Both the position numbers and the translations under genes were made by a program. The notes below the pieces were generated by a model. It saw only the letters and a program-made list of their open reading frames with translations. It made no database searches and was not told the origin of the DNA. 64,000 nt of DNA, from NCBI RefSeq assembly GCF_003018255.1, contig NZ_CP027440.1, one strand, 5' to 3'. This document shows, piece after piece, positions 13,429-24,549 of this stretch (positions are counted from its first letter, which is position 1; each line of letters opens with the position of its first letter). The DNA is from Escherichia coli. Its GTDB lineage: Bacteria; Pseudomonadota; Gammaproteobacteria; Enterobacterales; Enterobacteriaceae.

Positions 13429-16278
13429 CTACGATTCCCGCGATTTCCTGACCCTCTCGGCATATACCGTCAGCGTCTGTTTTATCACATCCAGCGTTAC
13501 CGGCTTCGACAGGCAGCTGTCCATACCGGACTCCAGACACCGCTGCTTCTCTTCAGCCAACGCATTAGCAGTTACTCCGATTACCGGCAACGTCAGTCCC
13601 AACTGACGAATGCGTTGCGTCAAGCGGTAACCATCCATATTTGGCATGTTGACGTCGCTAAGCACGATATCAATATGATTCTTGCTAAGTACATTAAGCG
13701 CATCGACGCCATCATTCGCGGTTTTACATTGATAGCCCAACGATCCCAACTGATCTGCCAGCAGACGCCGGTTAATCGGATGATCATCCACGACCAGAAT
13801 CATCATATCGTCATTATCGCTGACCGCTTTGTCCGTTAACGGCAGAGCGTTAGCAGGATCGTCGCTCTCCATCTCGATCAAATAAATACGCGCCAACAAT
13901 GCCGGTAGCTCATGCGGGGCAGCCACACTGTGTACCCACTCTCCTGGCGCTTTCTCCAGCGGAATACCAATATGGCGACGACAGAAGGTCACAACCGCTC
14001 TACCCTGCCATTTTTTGCTCACTACCTCGTCAGTGATTAACACATCTTCGGGAGTCGGTTCCTGCCCTTCGTATGTTGTAACGACGATGCCGCTGCGCTG
14101 CAAACTGGTTTCCAGGAACTGACAGAGCGACGCATTGCGGACCGCCAGCCAGCAACGTTTACCACTCAACCCTTCCACGCCTTTTTTCTGCGGGTACTGA
14201 GCGCCGTACAACGGAATACGCACGGTAAACTGGCTGCCCATTCCCGGTTCTGAATCTACCGAGATGTCGCCGTCCATCATGCTGATCAGTTTTTCACAAA
14301 TCGCCAGACCCAGACCGGTCCCCTGGAAGTTACGCTGTACGCCCGTTCCGACCTGGAAGAAGGGATCAAACAAGCGCACCACTTCTTTCGCCGGAATCCC
14401 TACGCCGGTATCGCGAACACGGATAGAGAGATAATCGCCATCAGCGCGAACATGCAGAACTATACAGCCGGTATCGGTGAATTTTATGGCGTTACTCAAC
14501 AGGTTGGAGATGACCTGCTGTAAACGCATCGGGTCGCCATTTAAGGCCACTGGCACATCCGGTTCAATAAAGCAGTACAAGCCTAGCTGCTTGCGTACCA
14601 CCAGCGGTAAATAGTTGGCGGTGATGTGGTTCATCACTTCACGCGGTGAAAACTCACGCGGTTCGATCTTCAACTGTTCCGATTCAATCTTCGAGAAGTC
14701 GAGAATATCGCTGATAATTTTCAACAACAGGCTGGAAGAGTTGTTCATTGCCGTCACCAGACGATCGACGCCTTTCGGTAACTCTTTGGTTTGCAACAGA
14801 TCCAGGTTACCGATAATGCCATACAGCGGCGTTCGCAGCTCATGACTGACGGTGGCAAGGAACATCGATTTTGACTGGCTCGCCTGTTCCGCTGCTTGTG
14901 CCATCTCCTGCAACGACTCTTCCATCTTCACGCGCGAAGAAACATCCACCAGCACACAAATGGCCACGTTTTCATTACGATAGCGCGAATGGACGAAGCT
15001 GATTTGCAGGTTGGTATTGTTGCTGGTCAGGACATCAACAAAATTGACCTGCTGCCCACAGATAATTTGTGTCAGCCGTTGGCGGTCCTCATGCGTAAGC
15101 ATATTGAGATAGGTATGCGCCAGTTCGTTACTTAAAATATTGACGCCATCAGCGGTACGCAAAATGCAGATACCCACTGGCGCGGAGGCGACAATCTTGC
15201 GATTAAACTGCTCATGTTCTTCCAGTCGCAGGGCGTCGCTTTCCGCCGGAATGAAAATACGCCGCTCGTACATCCGCGCGAGAGTAAACAATGCAGCTCC
15301 GGCAAGCACATTCAGCAAAATTGCGTTAAGGATCAACATGCGAATGCGTTCCAGCACCTTATCAACCGGCACCGAATACACGATGCTTAGCGATGAGGGT
15401 GGCAGATTTTTCTTCAGCACCAGCTCCCGGAACCCTTCCGTATAGCCAAACCAGGAGCGTTCCTGCATCCAGCGAGGATCGCCCTTAATTTTGCTTTCTG
15501 GTCCGGTAAGCGAAATCAGGGTATGACCATTTTCATCAAGAATGGTAACCCCCATCGGCAACGTACCAGGTAAGAAAAAGTTCTCCATCCGGATGGTCTG
15601 CTCGACACCCAAAAGCGCCTGCAACCGGTTCGCCAGATAAACTGGCGTCAAGGCGTAAAAATACCCGACGCCAGGGCGCGGACCTTCGCTGATCCAGTAG
15701 AGGTTACTGCCACTATCATCTTGTGGTGCATTTCGATATTTATTAATGCGTTCATGCAAAGCTTTTAACGCGGTATCGCGTTCCACTGGCATATCACGCA
15801 GACCGAAATTGGCCATGCAGAGGTTATCGCTGCCGATTAAAAATACCCGGTTGAGATCGTAAGCCGCAGAAAAATTATCGCGCCAGTAGCGCATAAACCA
15901 CGCCAATGACTCCAGAGAACCTCGCCAGGTGTTACTCATTGCGGAACAATCAGAGTCAGCAAATAGCGGTTCAAACGCAGGCACATCCGTCTGCGTTTCT
16001 CGTCCACGCGGGGAAAGCACACCGTTTTCTGCCGATAAGCGATTTTCAGCTATGTACTTCAGCTCTTTCATCACATCAGAGGTGCGTTGAATAAAGCGCT
16101 GAGCCTGATCGGAACTCAGATTAAATTCCTGACGAATTTCCGATTCTCGCTGATGTAACGCATTAACGATGTAAAAAACGGATGAAAAAGCAATCAACAG
16201 CCAGAGCACTAACGCCAATGCTCTGAACATGTAGCGCGAGGCTTTCAGGGTTGTACGAAAAGAAGCAAGGTATTTCAA
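13429..16278 (-). CDS. rcsC: RcsC hybrid sensor histidine kinase
   Basis: 949-aa ORF; N-terminal TM, HisKA (HELRTPL), HATPase and C-terminal receiver domain. Confidence 0.92.
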   Translation of the reverse strand: MKYLASFRTTLKASRYMFRALALVLWLLIAFSSVFYIVNALHQRESEIRQEFNLSSDQAQRFIQRTSDVMKELKYIAENRLSAENGVLSPRGRETQTDVPAFEPLFADSDCSAMSNTWRGSLESLAWFMRYWRDNFSAAYDLNRVFLIGSDNLCMANFGLRDMPVERDTALKALHERINKYRNAPQDDSGSNLYWISEGPRPGVGYFYALTPVYLANRLQALLGVEQTIRMENFFLPGTLPMGVTILDENGHTLISLTGPESKIKGDPRWMQERSWFGYTEGFRELVLKKNLPPSSLSIVYSVPVDKVLERIRMLILNAILLNVLAGAALFTLARMYERRIFIPAESDALRLEEHEQFNRKIVASAPVGICILRTADGVNILSNELAHTYLNMLTHEDRQRLTQIICGQQVNFVDVLTSNNTNLQISFVHSRYRNENVAICVLVDVSSRVKMEESLQEMAQAAEQASQSKSMFLATVSHELRTPLYGIIGNLDLLQTKELPKGVDRLVTAMNNSSSLLLKIISDILDFSKIESEQLKIEPREFSPREVMNHITANYLPLVVRKQLGLYCFIEPDVPVALNGDPMRLQQVISNLLSNAIKFTDTGCIVLHVRADGDYLSIRVRDTGVGIPAKEVVRLFDPFFQVGTGVQRNFQGTGLGLAICEKLISMMDGDISVDSEPGMGSQFTVRIPLYGAQYPQKKGVEGLSGKRCWLAVRNASLCQFLETSLQRSGIVVTTYEGQEPTPEDVLITDEVVSKKWQGRAVVTFCRRHIGIPLEKAPGEWVHSVAAPHELPALLARIYLIEMESDDPANALPLTDKAVSDNDDMMILVVDDHPINRRLLADQLGSLGYQCKTANDGVDALNVLSKNHIDIVLSDVNMPNMDGYRLTQRIRQLGLTLPVIGVTANALAEEKQRCLESGMDSCLSKPVTLDVIKQTLTVYAERVRKSRES

Positions 16279-16444
16279 AGGGGCGAAGCTCCGCCTCAGG
16301 TGACCGATGGAGTGTGGTTAAGGTAGCGGTAAAAGCGTGTTACCGCAATGTTCTCTCTTCTCTGGAATATGATACACCGCCGAGAAATCATCACCTTAAC
16401 CTCTGATAATCGTCATATACCGGACAAGACTAGTGGATTTCAGC

Positions 16445-18271
16445 ATGCATTATATGAAGTGGATTTATCCACGCCGCTTACGCAATCAAATGATCCTGAT
16501 GGCAATCCTGATGGTCATTGTCCCAACGCTTACTATTGGTTATATCGTAGAAACGGAAGGACGTTCAGCAGTCTTATCTGAAAAAGAGAAAAAACTTTCT
16601 GCCGTGGTCAACCTGCTTAATCAGGCGCTAGGCAATCGCTACGATCTCTACATCGACTTACCGCGTGAGGAGCGTATCCGCGCATTAAATGCAGAACTTG
16701 CCCCCATTACCGAAAATATCACTCACGCCTTCCCTGGCATCGGCGCTGGTTATTACAACAAAACGCTGGATGCGATAATCACCTACGCGCCTTCAGCGCT
16801 ATATCAGAATAATGTGGGCGTTACCATTGCCGCAGATCACCCTGGTCGCGAAGTCATGCGTACAAATACCCCTTTGGTTTATTCAGGCAGACAGGTGCGC
16901 GGCGATATTTTGAATTCAATGATTCCCATTGAGCGTAATGGTGAAATCCTCGGCTATATCTGGGCCAATGAATTAACCGAAGATATTCGCCGCCAGGCCT
17001 GGAAAATGGATGTGAGGATTATCATTGTGCTCACCGCCGGTTTGCTGATAAGCCTGCTGTTGATTGTCCTTTTCTCCCGTCGCCTGAGCGCCAATATAGA
17101 TATCATCACCGATGGCCTCTCGACTCTGGCTCAAAATATTCCCACTCGATTACCACAATTGCCCGGTGAAATGGGGCAAATCAGTCAGAGTGTTAACAAC
17201 CTCGCCCAGGCACTGCGTGAAACGCGAACACTTAACGATCTGATTATTGAAAACGCTGCCGATGGCGTCATTGCCATTGACCGCCAGGGTGATGTAACCA
17301 CCATGAACCCAGCAGCAGAAGTCATCACTGGCTATCAACGTCATGAACTGGTAGGGCAGCCTTACTCCATGTTGTTCGACAATACTCAGTTCTACAGTCC
17401 CGTACTGGATACGCTGGAACATGGCACCGAACATGTAGCACTGGAGATCAGTTTTCCAGGCCGTGACCGCACCATTGAACTCAGTGTCACGACCAGTCGT
17501 ATTCATAACACGCACGGTGAAATGATAGGTGCTTTGGTGATTTTCTCTGATTTAACTGCCCGCAAAGAAACCCAGCGCCGCATGGCGCAAGCAGAACGCC
17601 TCGCCACACTGGGTGAGCTGATGGCTGGCGTGGCGCATGAAGTACGTAATCCGCTAACAGCTATTCGTGGTTATGTACAGATCTTGCGCCAACAAACCCG
17701 TGACCCAATACATCAGGAATATCTGTCCGTAGTACTCAAAGAAATCGATTCAATTAACAAAGTTATTCAGCAATTGCTCGAATTTTCACGCCCACGCCAC
17801 AGTCAATGGCAACAAGTCAGCCTCAATGCATTGGTTGAAGAAACTCTGGTACTGGTACAAACCGCCGGCGTACAAGCGCGGGTCGACTTCATAAGCGAAC
17901 TGGATAATGAATTAAGCCCGATTAACGCCGATCGTGAACTGCTCAAACAGGTACTACTGAATATCCTGATCAATGCCGTCCAGGCTATCAGTGCACGAGG
18001 GAAAATTCGCATTCGAACCTGGCAATACAGCGACTCACAACAGGCCATTTCGATAGAGGACAACGGCTGTGGCATTGATCTCTCGCTGCAAAAAAAGATC
18101 TTCGATCCCTTTTTCACCACCAAAGCCTCAGGAACCGGGCTTGGTCTGGCGTTAAGTCAACGCATCATTAATGCCCATCAGGGTGATATTCGCGTCGCCA
18201 GTTTGCCGGGCTACGGCGCAACCTTCACGCTTATTTTACCGATCAACCCGCAGGGAAATCAGACTGTATGA
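16445..18271 (+). CDS. atoS: AtoS sensor histidine kinase
   Basis: Start set at MHYMKWIYPRRL (608 aa); PAS domain, HisKA (HEVRNPL) and HATPase motifs; followed by atoC with a 4-nt overlap. Confidence 0.88.
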   Translation: MHYMKWIYPRRLRNQMILMAILMVIVPTLTIGYIVETEGRSAVLSEKEKKLSAVVNLLNQALGNRYDLYIDLPREERIRALNAELAPITENITHAFPGIGAGYYNKTLDAIITYAPSALYQNNVGVTIAADHPGREVMRTNTPLVYSGRQVRGDILNSMIPIERNGEILGYIWANELTEDIRRQAWKMDVRIIIVLTAGLLISLLLIVLFSRRLSANIDIITDGLSTLAQNIPTRLPQLPGEMGQISQSVNNLAQALRETRTLNDLIIENAADGVIAIDRQGDVTTMNPAAEVITGYQRHELVGQPYSMLFDNTQFYSPVLDTLEHGTEHVALEISFPGRDRTIELSVTTSRIHNTHGEMIGALVIFSDLTARKETQRRMAQAERLATLGELMAGVAHEVRNPLTAIRGYVQILRQQTRDPIHQEYLSVVLKEIDSINKVIQQLLEFSRPRHSQWQQVSLNALVEETLVLVQTAGVQARVDFISELDNELSPINADRELLKQVLLNILINAVQAISARGKIRIRTWQYSDSQQAISIEDNGCGIDLSLQKKIFDPFFTTKASGTGLGLALSQRIINAHQGDIRVASLPGYGATFTLILPINPQGNQTV

Positions 18272-19653
18272 CTGCTATTAATCGCATCCTTATTGTGGAT
18301 GATGAAGATAATGTTCGCCGTATGCTGAGCACCGCTTTTGCACTACAAGGTTTCGAAACACATTGTGCGAACAACGGACGCACAGCATTACACCTGTTTG
18401 CTGATATTCACCCTGACGTGGTGTTGATGGATATCCGCATGCCAGAGATGGACGGCATCAAGGCACTAAAGGAGATGCGCAGTAATGAGACCCGGACACC
18501 CGTTATTCTGATGACGGCCTATGCTGAAGTGGAAACCGCCGTCGAAGCGCTACGCTGCGGGGCCTTCGACTATGTTATTAAACCGTTTGATCTCGATGAG
18601 TTGAATTTAATCGTTCAGCGCGCTTTACAACTCCAGTCAATGAAAAAAGAGATCCGTCATCTGCACCAGGCACTGAGCACCAGCTGGCAATGGGGGCACA
18701 TTCTCACCAACAGCCCGGCGATGATGGATATCTGCAAAGACACCGCCAAAATTGCCCTTTCTCAGGCCAGCGTCTTGATTAGCGGTGAAAGCGGCACCGG
18801 GAAAGAGTTGATTGCCAGAGCGATTCACTACAATTCGCGGCGGGCAAAGGGGCCGTTCATTAAAGTCAACTGCGCGGCGCTGCCGGAATCGTTGCTCGAA
18901 AGTGAACTGTTTGGTCATGAAAAAGGTGCATTTACTGGTGCACAAACCTTGCGTCAGGGATTATTTGAACGTGCCAACGAAGGTACTCTGCTCCTCGACG
19001 AAATTGGCGAAATGCCGCTCGTACTGCAAGCCAAATTACTACGCATTCTGCAGGAACGGGAATTTGAACGGATTGGCGGTCATCAGACCATAAAAGTTGA
19101 CATCCGCATCATTGCTGCCACCAACCGTGACTTGCAGGCAATGGTAAAAGAAGGCACCTTCCGTGAAGATCTCTTTTATCGCCTTAACGTTATTCATTTA
19201 ATACTGCCGCCTCTGCGCGATCGCCGGGAAGATATTTCCCTGTTAGCTAATCACTTTTTGCAAAAATTCAGTAGTGAGAATCAGCGCGATATTATCGACA
19301 TCGATCCGATGGCAATGTCGCTGCTTACCGCCTGGTCATGGCCGGGTAATATTCGAGAGCTTTCCAACGTCATTGAACGCGCCGTCGTGATGAACTCAGG
19401 CCCGATCATTTTCTCTGAGGATCTTCCGCCGCAGATTCGTCAGCCAGTCTGTAATGCTGGTGAGGCAAAAACAGCCCCTGTCGGTGAGCGTAATTTAAAA
19501 GAGGAAATTAAACGCGTCGAAAAACGCATCATTATGGAAGTGCTGGAACAACAAGAAGGAAACCGAACCCGCACTGCGTTAATGCTGGGCATCAGTCGCC
19601 GTGCATTGATGTATAAACTCCAGGAATACGGTATCGATCCGGCGGATGTATAA
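18268..19653 (+). CDS. atoC: AtoC sigma54-dependent response regulator
   Basis: 461-aa ORF; receiver domain, AAA+ sigma54-interaction domain (GESGTGKE, GAFTGA motif) and C-terminal HTH. Confidence 0.92.
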   Translation: MTAINRILIVDDEDNVRRMLSTAFALQGFETHCANNGRTALHLFADIHPDVVLMDIRMPEMDGIKALKEMRSNETRTPVILMTAYAEVETAVEALRCGAFDYVIKPFDLDELNLIVQRALQLQSMKKEIRHLHQALSTSWQWGHILTNSPAMMDICKDTAKIALSQASVLISGESGTGKELIARAIHYNSRRAKGPFIKVNCAALPESLLESELFGHEKGAFTGAQTLRQGLFERANEGTLLLDEIGEMPLVLQAKLLRILQEREFERIGGHQTIKVDIRIIAATNRDLQAMVKEGTFREDLFYRLNVIHLILPPLRDRREDISLLANHFLQKFSSENQRDIIDIDPMAMSLLTAWSWPGNIRELSNVIERAVVMNSGPIIFSEDLPPQIRQPVCNAGEAKTAPVGERNLKEEIKRVEKRIIMEVLEQQEGNRTRTALMLGISRRALMYKLQEYGIDPADV

Positions 19654-19665
19654 CGCCAAAACTTG

Positions 19666-19705
19666 CTATGCAGAAATTTGCACAGTGCGCAATTTTCTGC
19701 ATAGC
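19666..19705. promoter_or_regulatory. AtoC upstream activating sequence (40-bp inverted repeat)
   Basis: Near-perfect palindrome GCTATGCAGAAATTTGCACA / GTGCGCAATTTTCTGCATAGC about 100 bp upstream of the sigma54 promoter; position fits the AtoC site described for atoDAEB. Confidence 0.7.
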
Positions 19706-19787
19706 CGCTCATTCTCCTTATGAATCCCCATCTAATTTATTCCTTTCTATTCAATTAGTTAAATAACAACATTCAATAATCTCATTC

Positions 19788-19803
19788 TGGCACTCCCCTT
19801 GCT
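19788..19803 (+). promoter_or_regulatory. Sigma54 (-24/-12) promoter of atoDAEB
   Basis: TGGCAC-N5-TTGCT with canonical GG and GC spacing, about 45 bp upstream of atoD. Confidence 0.75.
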
Positions 19804-19848
19804 ATTCCCTGACTGTACCCACAACGGTGTATGCAAGAGGGATAAAAA

Positions 19849-20511
19849 ATGAAAACAAAATTGATGACATTACAAGACGCCACCGGCTTCTTTCGTGACG
19901 GCATGACCATCATGGTGGGCGGATTTATGGGGATTGGCACTCCATCCCGCCTGGTTGAAGCATTACTGGAATCTGGTGTTCGCGACCTGACATTGATAGC
20001 CAATGATACCGCGTTTGTTGATACCGGCATCGGTCCGCTCATCGTCAATGGTCGAGTCCGCAAAGTGATTGCTTCACATATCGGCACCAACCCGGAAACA
20101 GGTCGGCGCATGATATCTGGTGAGATGGACGTCGTTCTGGTGCCGCAAGGTACGCTAATCGAGCAAATTCGCTGTGGCGGAGCTGGACTTGGTGGTTTTC
20201 TCACCCCAACTGGTGTCGGCACCGTCGTAGAGGAAGGCAAACAGACACTGACACTCGACGGTAAAACCTGGCTGCTCGAACGCCCGCTGCGCGCCGACCT
20301 GGCGCTAATTCGCGCTCATCGTTGCGACACACTTGGCAACCTTACCTATCAACTTAGCGCCCGCAACTTTAACCCCCTGATAGCCCTTGCGGCTGATATC
20401 ACGCTGGTAGAGCCAGATGAACTGGTCGAAACCGGCGAGCTGCAACCTGACCATATTGTCACCCCTGGTGCCGTTATCGACCACATCATCGTTTCACAGG
20501 AGAGCAAATAA
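19849..20511 (+). CDS. atoD: Acetate/acetoacetate CoA-transferase alpha subunit
   Basis: 220-aa ORF recognised as AtoD; first gene of the operon. Confidence 0.92.
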   Translation: MKTKLMTLQDATGFFRDGMTIMVGGFMGIGTPSRLVEALLESGVRDLTLIANDTAFVDTGIGPLIVNGRVRKVIASHIGTNPETGRRMISGEMDVVLVPQGTLIEQIRCGGAGLGGFLTPTGVGTVVEEGKQTLTLDGKTWLLERPLRADLALIRAHRCDTLGNLTYQLSARNFNPLIALAADITLVEPDELVETGELQPDHIVTPGAVIDHIIVSQESK

Positions 20512-21161
20512 TGGATGCGAAACAACGTATTGCGCGCCGTGTGGCGCAAGAGCTTCGTGATGGTGACATCGTTAACTTAGGGATCGGTTTACCCACAATG
20601 GTCGCCAATTATTTACCGGAGGGTATTCATATCACTCTGCAATCGGAAAACGGCTTCCTCGGTTTAGGCCCGGTCACGACAGCGCATCCAGATCTGGTGA
20701 ACGCTGGCGGACAACCGTGCGGCATTTTACCCGGCGCAGCCATGTTTGATAGCGCCATGTCATTTGCGCTAATCCGCGGCGGTCATATTGATGCCTGCGT
20801 GCTCGGCGGTTTGCAAGTAGACGAAGAAGCAAACCTCGCGAACTGGGTAGTGCCTGGGAAAATGGTGCCCGGTATGGGTGGCGCGATGGATCTGGTGACC
20901 GGGTCACGCAAAGTGATCATCGCCATGGAACATTGCGCCAAAGATGGTTCAGCAAAAATTTTGCGCCGCTGCACCATGCCACTCACTGCGCAACATGCGG
21001 TGCATATGCTGGTTACTGAACTGGCTGTCTTTCGTTTTATTGACGGCAAAATGTGGCTCACCGAAATTGCCGACGGGTGTGATTTAGCCACCGTGCGTGC
21101 CAAAACAGAAGCTCGGTTTGAAGTTGCCGCCGATCTGAATACGCAACGGGGTGATTTATGA
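20511..21161 (+). CDS. atoA: Acetate/acetoacetate CoA-transferase beta subunit
   Basis: 216-aa ORF; start overlaps atoD stop by one base. Confidence 0.92.
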   Translation: MDAKQRIARRVAQELRDGDIVNLGIGLPTMVANYLPEGIHITLQSENGFLGLGPVTTAHPDLVNAGGQPCGILPGAAMFDSAMSFALIRGGHIDACVLGGLQVDEEANLANWVVPGKMVPGMGGAMDLVTGSRKVIIAMEHCAKDGSAKILRRCTMPLTAQHAVHMLVTELAVFRFIDGKMWLTEIADGCDLATVRAKTEARFEVAADLNTQRGDL

Positions 21162-22480
21162 TTGGTCGCATATCGCGTTTTATGACGCGTTTTGTCAGCC
21201 GGTGGCTTCCCGATCCACTGATCTTTGCCATGTTGCTGACATTGCTAACATTCGTGATCGCGCTTTGGTTAACACCACAAACGCCGATCAGCATGGTGAA
21301 AATGTGGGGTGATGGTTTCTGGAACTTGCTGGCGTTTGGTATGCAGATGGCGCTTATCATCGTTACCGGTCATGCCCTTGCCAGCTCCGCTCCGGTGAAA
21401 AGTTTGCTGCGTACTGCCGCCTCCGCCGCAAAGACGCCCGTACAGGGCGTCATGCTGGTTACTTTCTTCGGTTCAGTCGCTTGTGTCATCAACTGGGGAT
21501 TTGGTTTGGTTGTCGGTGCAATGTTCGCCCGTGAAGTCGCCCGGCGAGTACCCGGTTCTGATTATCCGTTGCTCATTGCCTGCGCCTACATTGGTTTTCT
21601 CACCTGGGGTGGCGGTTTCTCTGGCTCAATGCCTCTGTTGGCTGCAACACCGGGCAACCCGGTTGAGCATATCGCCGGGCTGATCCCGGTGGGCGATACT
21701 CTGTTCAGTGGTTTTAATATTTTCATCACTGTGGCGTTGATTGTGGTGATGCCATTTATCACCCGCATGATGATGCCAAAACCGTCTGACGTGGTGAGTA
21801 TCGATCCGAAACTACTCATGGAAGAGGCTGATTTTCAAAAGCAGCTACCGAAAGATGCCCCACCATCCGAGCGACTGGAAGAAAGCCGCATTCTGACGTT
21901 GATCATCGGCGCACTCGGTATCGCTTACCTTGCGATGTACTTCAGCGAACATGGCTTCAACATCACCATCAATACCGTCAACCTGATGTTTATGATTGCG
22001 GGTCTGCTGCTACATAAAACGCCAATGGCTTATATGCGTGCTATCAGCGCGGCAGCACGCAGTACTGCCGGTATTCTGGTGCAATTCCCCTTCTACGCTG
22101 GGATCCAACTGATGATGGAGCATTCCGGTCTGGGCGGACTCATTACCGAATTCTTCATCAATGTTGCGAACAAAGACACCTTCCCGATCATGACCTTTTT
22201 TAGTTCTGCACTGATTAACTTCGCCGTTCCGTCTGGCGGCGGGCACTGGGTTATTCAGGGGCCGTTCGTGATGCCCGCAGCCCAGGCGCTGGGCGCTGAT
22301 CTCGGTAAATCGGTAATGGCGATCGCCTACGGCGAGCAATGGATGAACATGGCACAACCGTTCTGGGCGCTGCCAGCACTGGCAATCGCCGGACTCGGTG
22401 TCCGCGACATCATGGGCTATTGCATCACTGCCCTGCTCTTCTCCGGCGTCATTTTCGTCATTGGTTTAACGCTGTTCTGA
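21158..22480 (+). CDS. atoE: Short-chain fatty acid transporter
   Basis: 440-aa polytopic membrane protein; overlaps atoA stop by 4 nt. Confidence 0.9.
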   Translation: MIGRISRFMTRFVSRWLPDPLIFAMLLTLLTFVIALWLTPQTPISMVKMWGDGFWNLLAFGMQMALIIVTGHALASSAPVKSLLRTAASAAKTPVQGVMLVTFFGSVACVINWGFGLVVGAMFAREVARRVPGSDYPLLIACAYIGFLTWGGGFSGSMPLLAATPGNPVEHIAGLIPVGDTLFSGFNIFITVALIVVMPFITRMMMPKPSDVVSIDPKLLMEEADFQKQLPKDAPPSERLEESRILTLIIGALGIAYLAMYFSEHGFNITINTVNLMFMIAGLLLHKTPMAYMRAISAAARSTAGILVQFPFYAGIQLMMEHSGLGGLITEFFINVANKDTFPIMTFFSSALINFAVPSGGGHWVIQGPFVMPAAQALGADLGKSVMAIAYGEQWMNMAQPFWALPALAIAGLGVRDIMGYCITALLFSGVIFVIGLTLF

Positions 22481-22510
22481 CGGCAACCCTACAGACAGAA
22501 GGAATATAAA

Positions 22511-23695
22511 ATGAAAAATTGTGTCATCGTCAGTGCGGTACGTACTGCTATCGGTAGTTTTAACGGTTCACTCGCTTCCACCAGCGCCATCGACCTGGGG
22601 GCGACAGTAATTAAAGCCGCCATTGAACGTGCAAAAATCGATTCACTACACGTTGATGAAGTGATTATGGGTAACGTGTTGCAAGCCGGACTGGGGCAAA
22701 ATCCGGCACGTCAGGCGCTGCTAAAAAGCGGACTGGCTGAAACGGTGTGCGGATTCACGGTCAACAAAGTGTGCGGTTCAGGTCTGAAAAGCGTGGCGCT
22801 TGCTGCACAGGCGATTCAGGCAGGTCAGGCACAGAGCATTGTGGCGGGGGGTATGGAAAATATGAGTTTAGCGCCCTACTTACTCGATGCAAAAGCACGC
22901 TCTGGTTATCGTCTTGGAGACGGACAGGTTTATGACGTAATCCTGCGCGATGGTCTGATGTGCGCCACCCATGGTTATCATATGGGGATTACCGCCGAAA
23001 ACGTGGCTAAAGAGTACGGAATTACCCGTGAAATGCAGGATGAACTGGCGCTACATTCACAGCGTAAAGCGGCAGCCGCAATTGAGTCCGGTGCTTTTAC
23101 AGCCGAAATCGTCCCGGTAAATGTTGTCACTCGGAAGAAAACCGTCGTCTTCAGTCAAGACGAATTCCCGAAAGCGGATTCTACGACTGAAGCGTTAGGC
23201 GCATTGCGCCCGGCCTTCGATAAAGCAGGAACAGTCACCGCCGGGAACGCGTCTGGTATTAACGACGGTGCTGCCGCTCTGGTGATTATGGAAGAATCTG
23301 CGGCGCTGGCAGCAGGCCTTACCCCCCTGGCTCGCATTAAAAGTTATGCCAGCGGTGGCGTGCCCCCCGCATTGATGGGTATGGGGCCAGTACCTGCCAC
23401 GCAAAAAGCGTTACAACTGGCGGGGCTGCAACTGGCGGATATTGATCTCATTGAGGCTAATGAAGCATTTGCTGCACAGTTCCTTGCCGTTGGGAAAACC
23501 CTGGGCTTTGATTCTGAGAAAGTGAATGTCAACGGCGGGGCCATCGCGCTCGGGCATCCTATCGGTGCCAGTGGTGCTCGTATTCTGGTCACACTATTAC
23601 ATGCCATGCAGGCACGCGATAAAACGCTGGGGCTGGCAACACTATGCATTGGTGGCGGCCAGGGAATTGCGATGGTGATTGAACGGTTGAATTAA
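22511..23695 (+). CDS. atoB: Acetyl-CoA acetyltransferase (thiolase II)
   Basis: 394-aa thiolase with active-site Cys region (NKVCGSG) and C-terminal GGGQG motif. Confidence 0.92.
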   Translation: MKNCVIVSAVRTAIGSFNGSLASTSAIDLGATVIKAAIERAKIDSLHVDEVIMGNVLQAGLGQNPARQALLKSGLAETVCGFTVNKVCGSGLKSVALAAQAIQAGQAQSIVAGGMENMSLAPYLLDAKARSGYRLGDGQVYDVILRDGLMCATHGYHMGITAENVAKEYGITREMQDELALHSQRKAAAAIESGAFTAEIVPVNVVTRKKTVVFSQDEFPKADSTTEALGALRPAFDKAGTVTAGNASGINDGAAALVIMEESAALAAGLTPLARIKSYASGGVPPALMGMGPVPATQKALQLAGLQLADIDLIEANEAFAAQFLAVGKTLGFDSEKVNVNGGAIALGHPIGASGARILVTLLHAMQARDKTLGLATLCIGGGQGIAMVIERLN

Positions 23696-23705
23696 TCAAT
23701 AAAAA

Positions 23706-23737
23706 CACCCGATAGCGAAAGTTATCGGGTGTTTTCT
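23706..23737 (+). terminator. Rho-independent terminator after atoB
   Basis: Hairpin CACCCGATA-N8-TATCGGGTG followed by TTTTCTT. Confidence 0.75.
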
Positions 23738-23768
23738 TGAACATCGACGGCGAAGGTAACCCCATTAA

Positions 23769-24545
23769 TCACCAGTCAAAACTTTTCACCAGCGTCAGCT
23801 CGCCAGCATTACGCATCGGTACAATAAATGTTTCCTGTTTCTCATTGACCGATCCTTCATCGGTGATCAGCGTCAGTTGGGCGGTCGTCAATTCCGTTTC
23901 GCTGCGTCCGCCATAGTAGTTGATATACACCTGATAACGTCCGTGAATCGGCGCTGGCATGGCGAAAATCTCGGGTCCGTACCCCGTCGTGACATCCATA
24001 TCCAGTGCACCACTGTTTTTCAGCACCGTGTTACCGTACCAGGCGTGTTCGCCATCGGGCGTGACAACATGGAGATCGAGATCGGTATTGTCCGTATCCC
24101 ACGAGAGAACCAGCCGTAAACGTGCACGAATCGTTCCTGTACCCGGCGTTGAGTAAAACTGCATTTTTTGCCGGCTTTGCCCATCCGGGCTGATGACCTG
24201 CACGCTGTTGCTGCCTTCCGTGAAAATATAAGGGCGTGCAAATGAACCATCGGATTCAATTCTCTGCGGCATACTGGCACCGTTGACCACCAGCCGGCCC
24301 TGCTGAACTTTACCCGCCGCAGCATAATTCTTTATTTTGCCGCGGATCTGCGCTGAGATATTTTGATCATCTGCCATGTTGACGGACGACGCCGGGTAAT
24401 TGATCGATTGTGAAAAACTGGCATCTTCACCCTCTGCCGGATGCCAGCCAGAGAGCGGTGCATCAATCTCGACTTCCTGCACACCTTCACTGTGAGCGAC
24501 AGGCGAAAGCGCCACCAGTAACAACGGAAGAAAAATCTTTCGCAT
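23769..24545 (-). CDS. yfaP: YfaP, DUF2135-family secreted protein (last gene of the yfaA-yfaP alpha-2-macroglobulin operon)
   Basis: 258-aa ORF with signal peptide; recognised as YfaP. Confidence 0.8.
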   Translation of the reverse strand: MRKIFLPLLLVALSPVAHSEGVQEVEIDAPLSGWHPAEGEDASFSQSINYPASSVNMADDQNISAQIRGKIKNYAAAGKVQQGRLVVNGASMPQRIESDGSFARPYIFTEGSNSVQVISPDGQSRQKMQFYSTPGTGTIRARLRLVLSWDTDNTDLDLHVVTPDGEHAWYGNTVLKNSGALDMDVTTGYGPEIFAMPAPIHGRYQVYINYYGGRSETELTTAQLTLITDEGSVNEKQETFIVPMRNAGELTLVKSFDW

Positions 24546-24549
24546 AGCA

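Noticed and set aside
14615-15445. Short + strand ORFs inside the rcsC region
   Set aside because: Antisense to the 949-aa rcsC ORF; no supporting signals.
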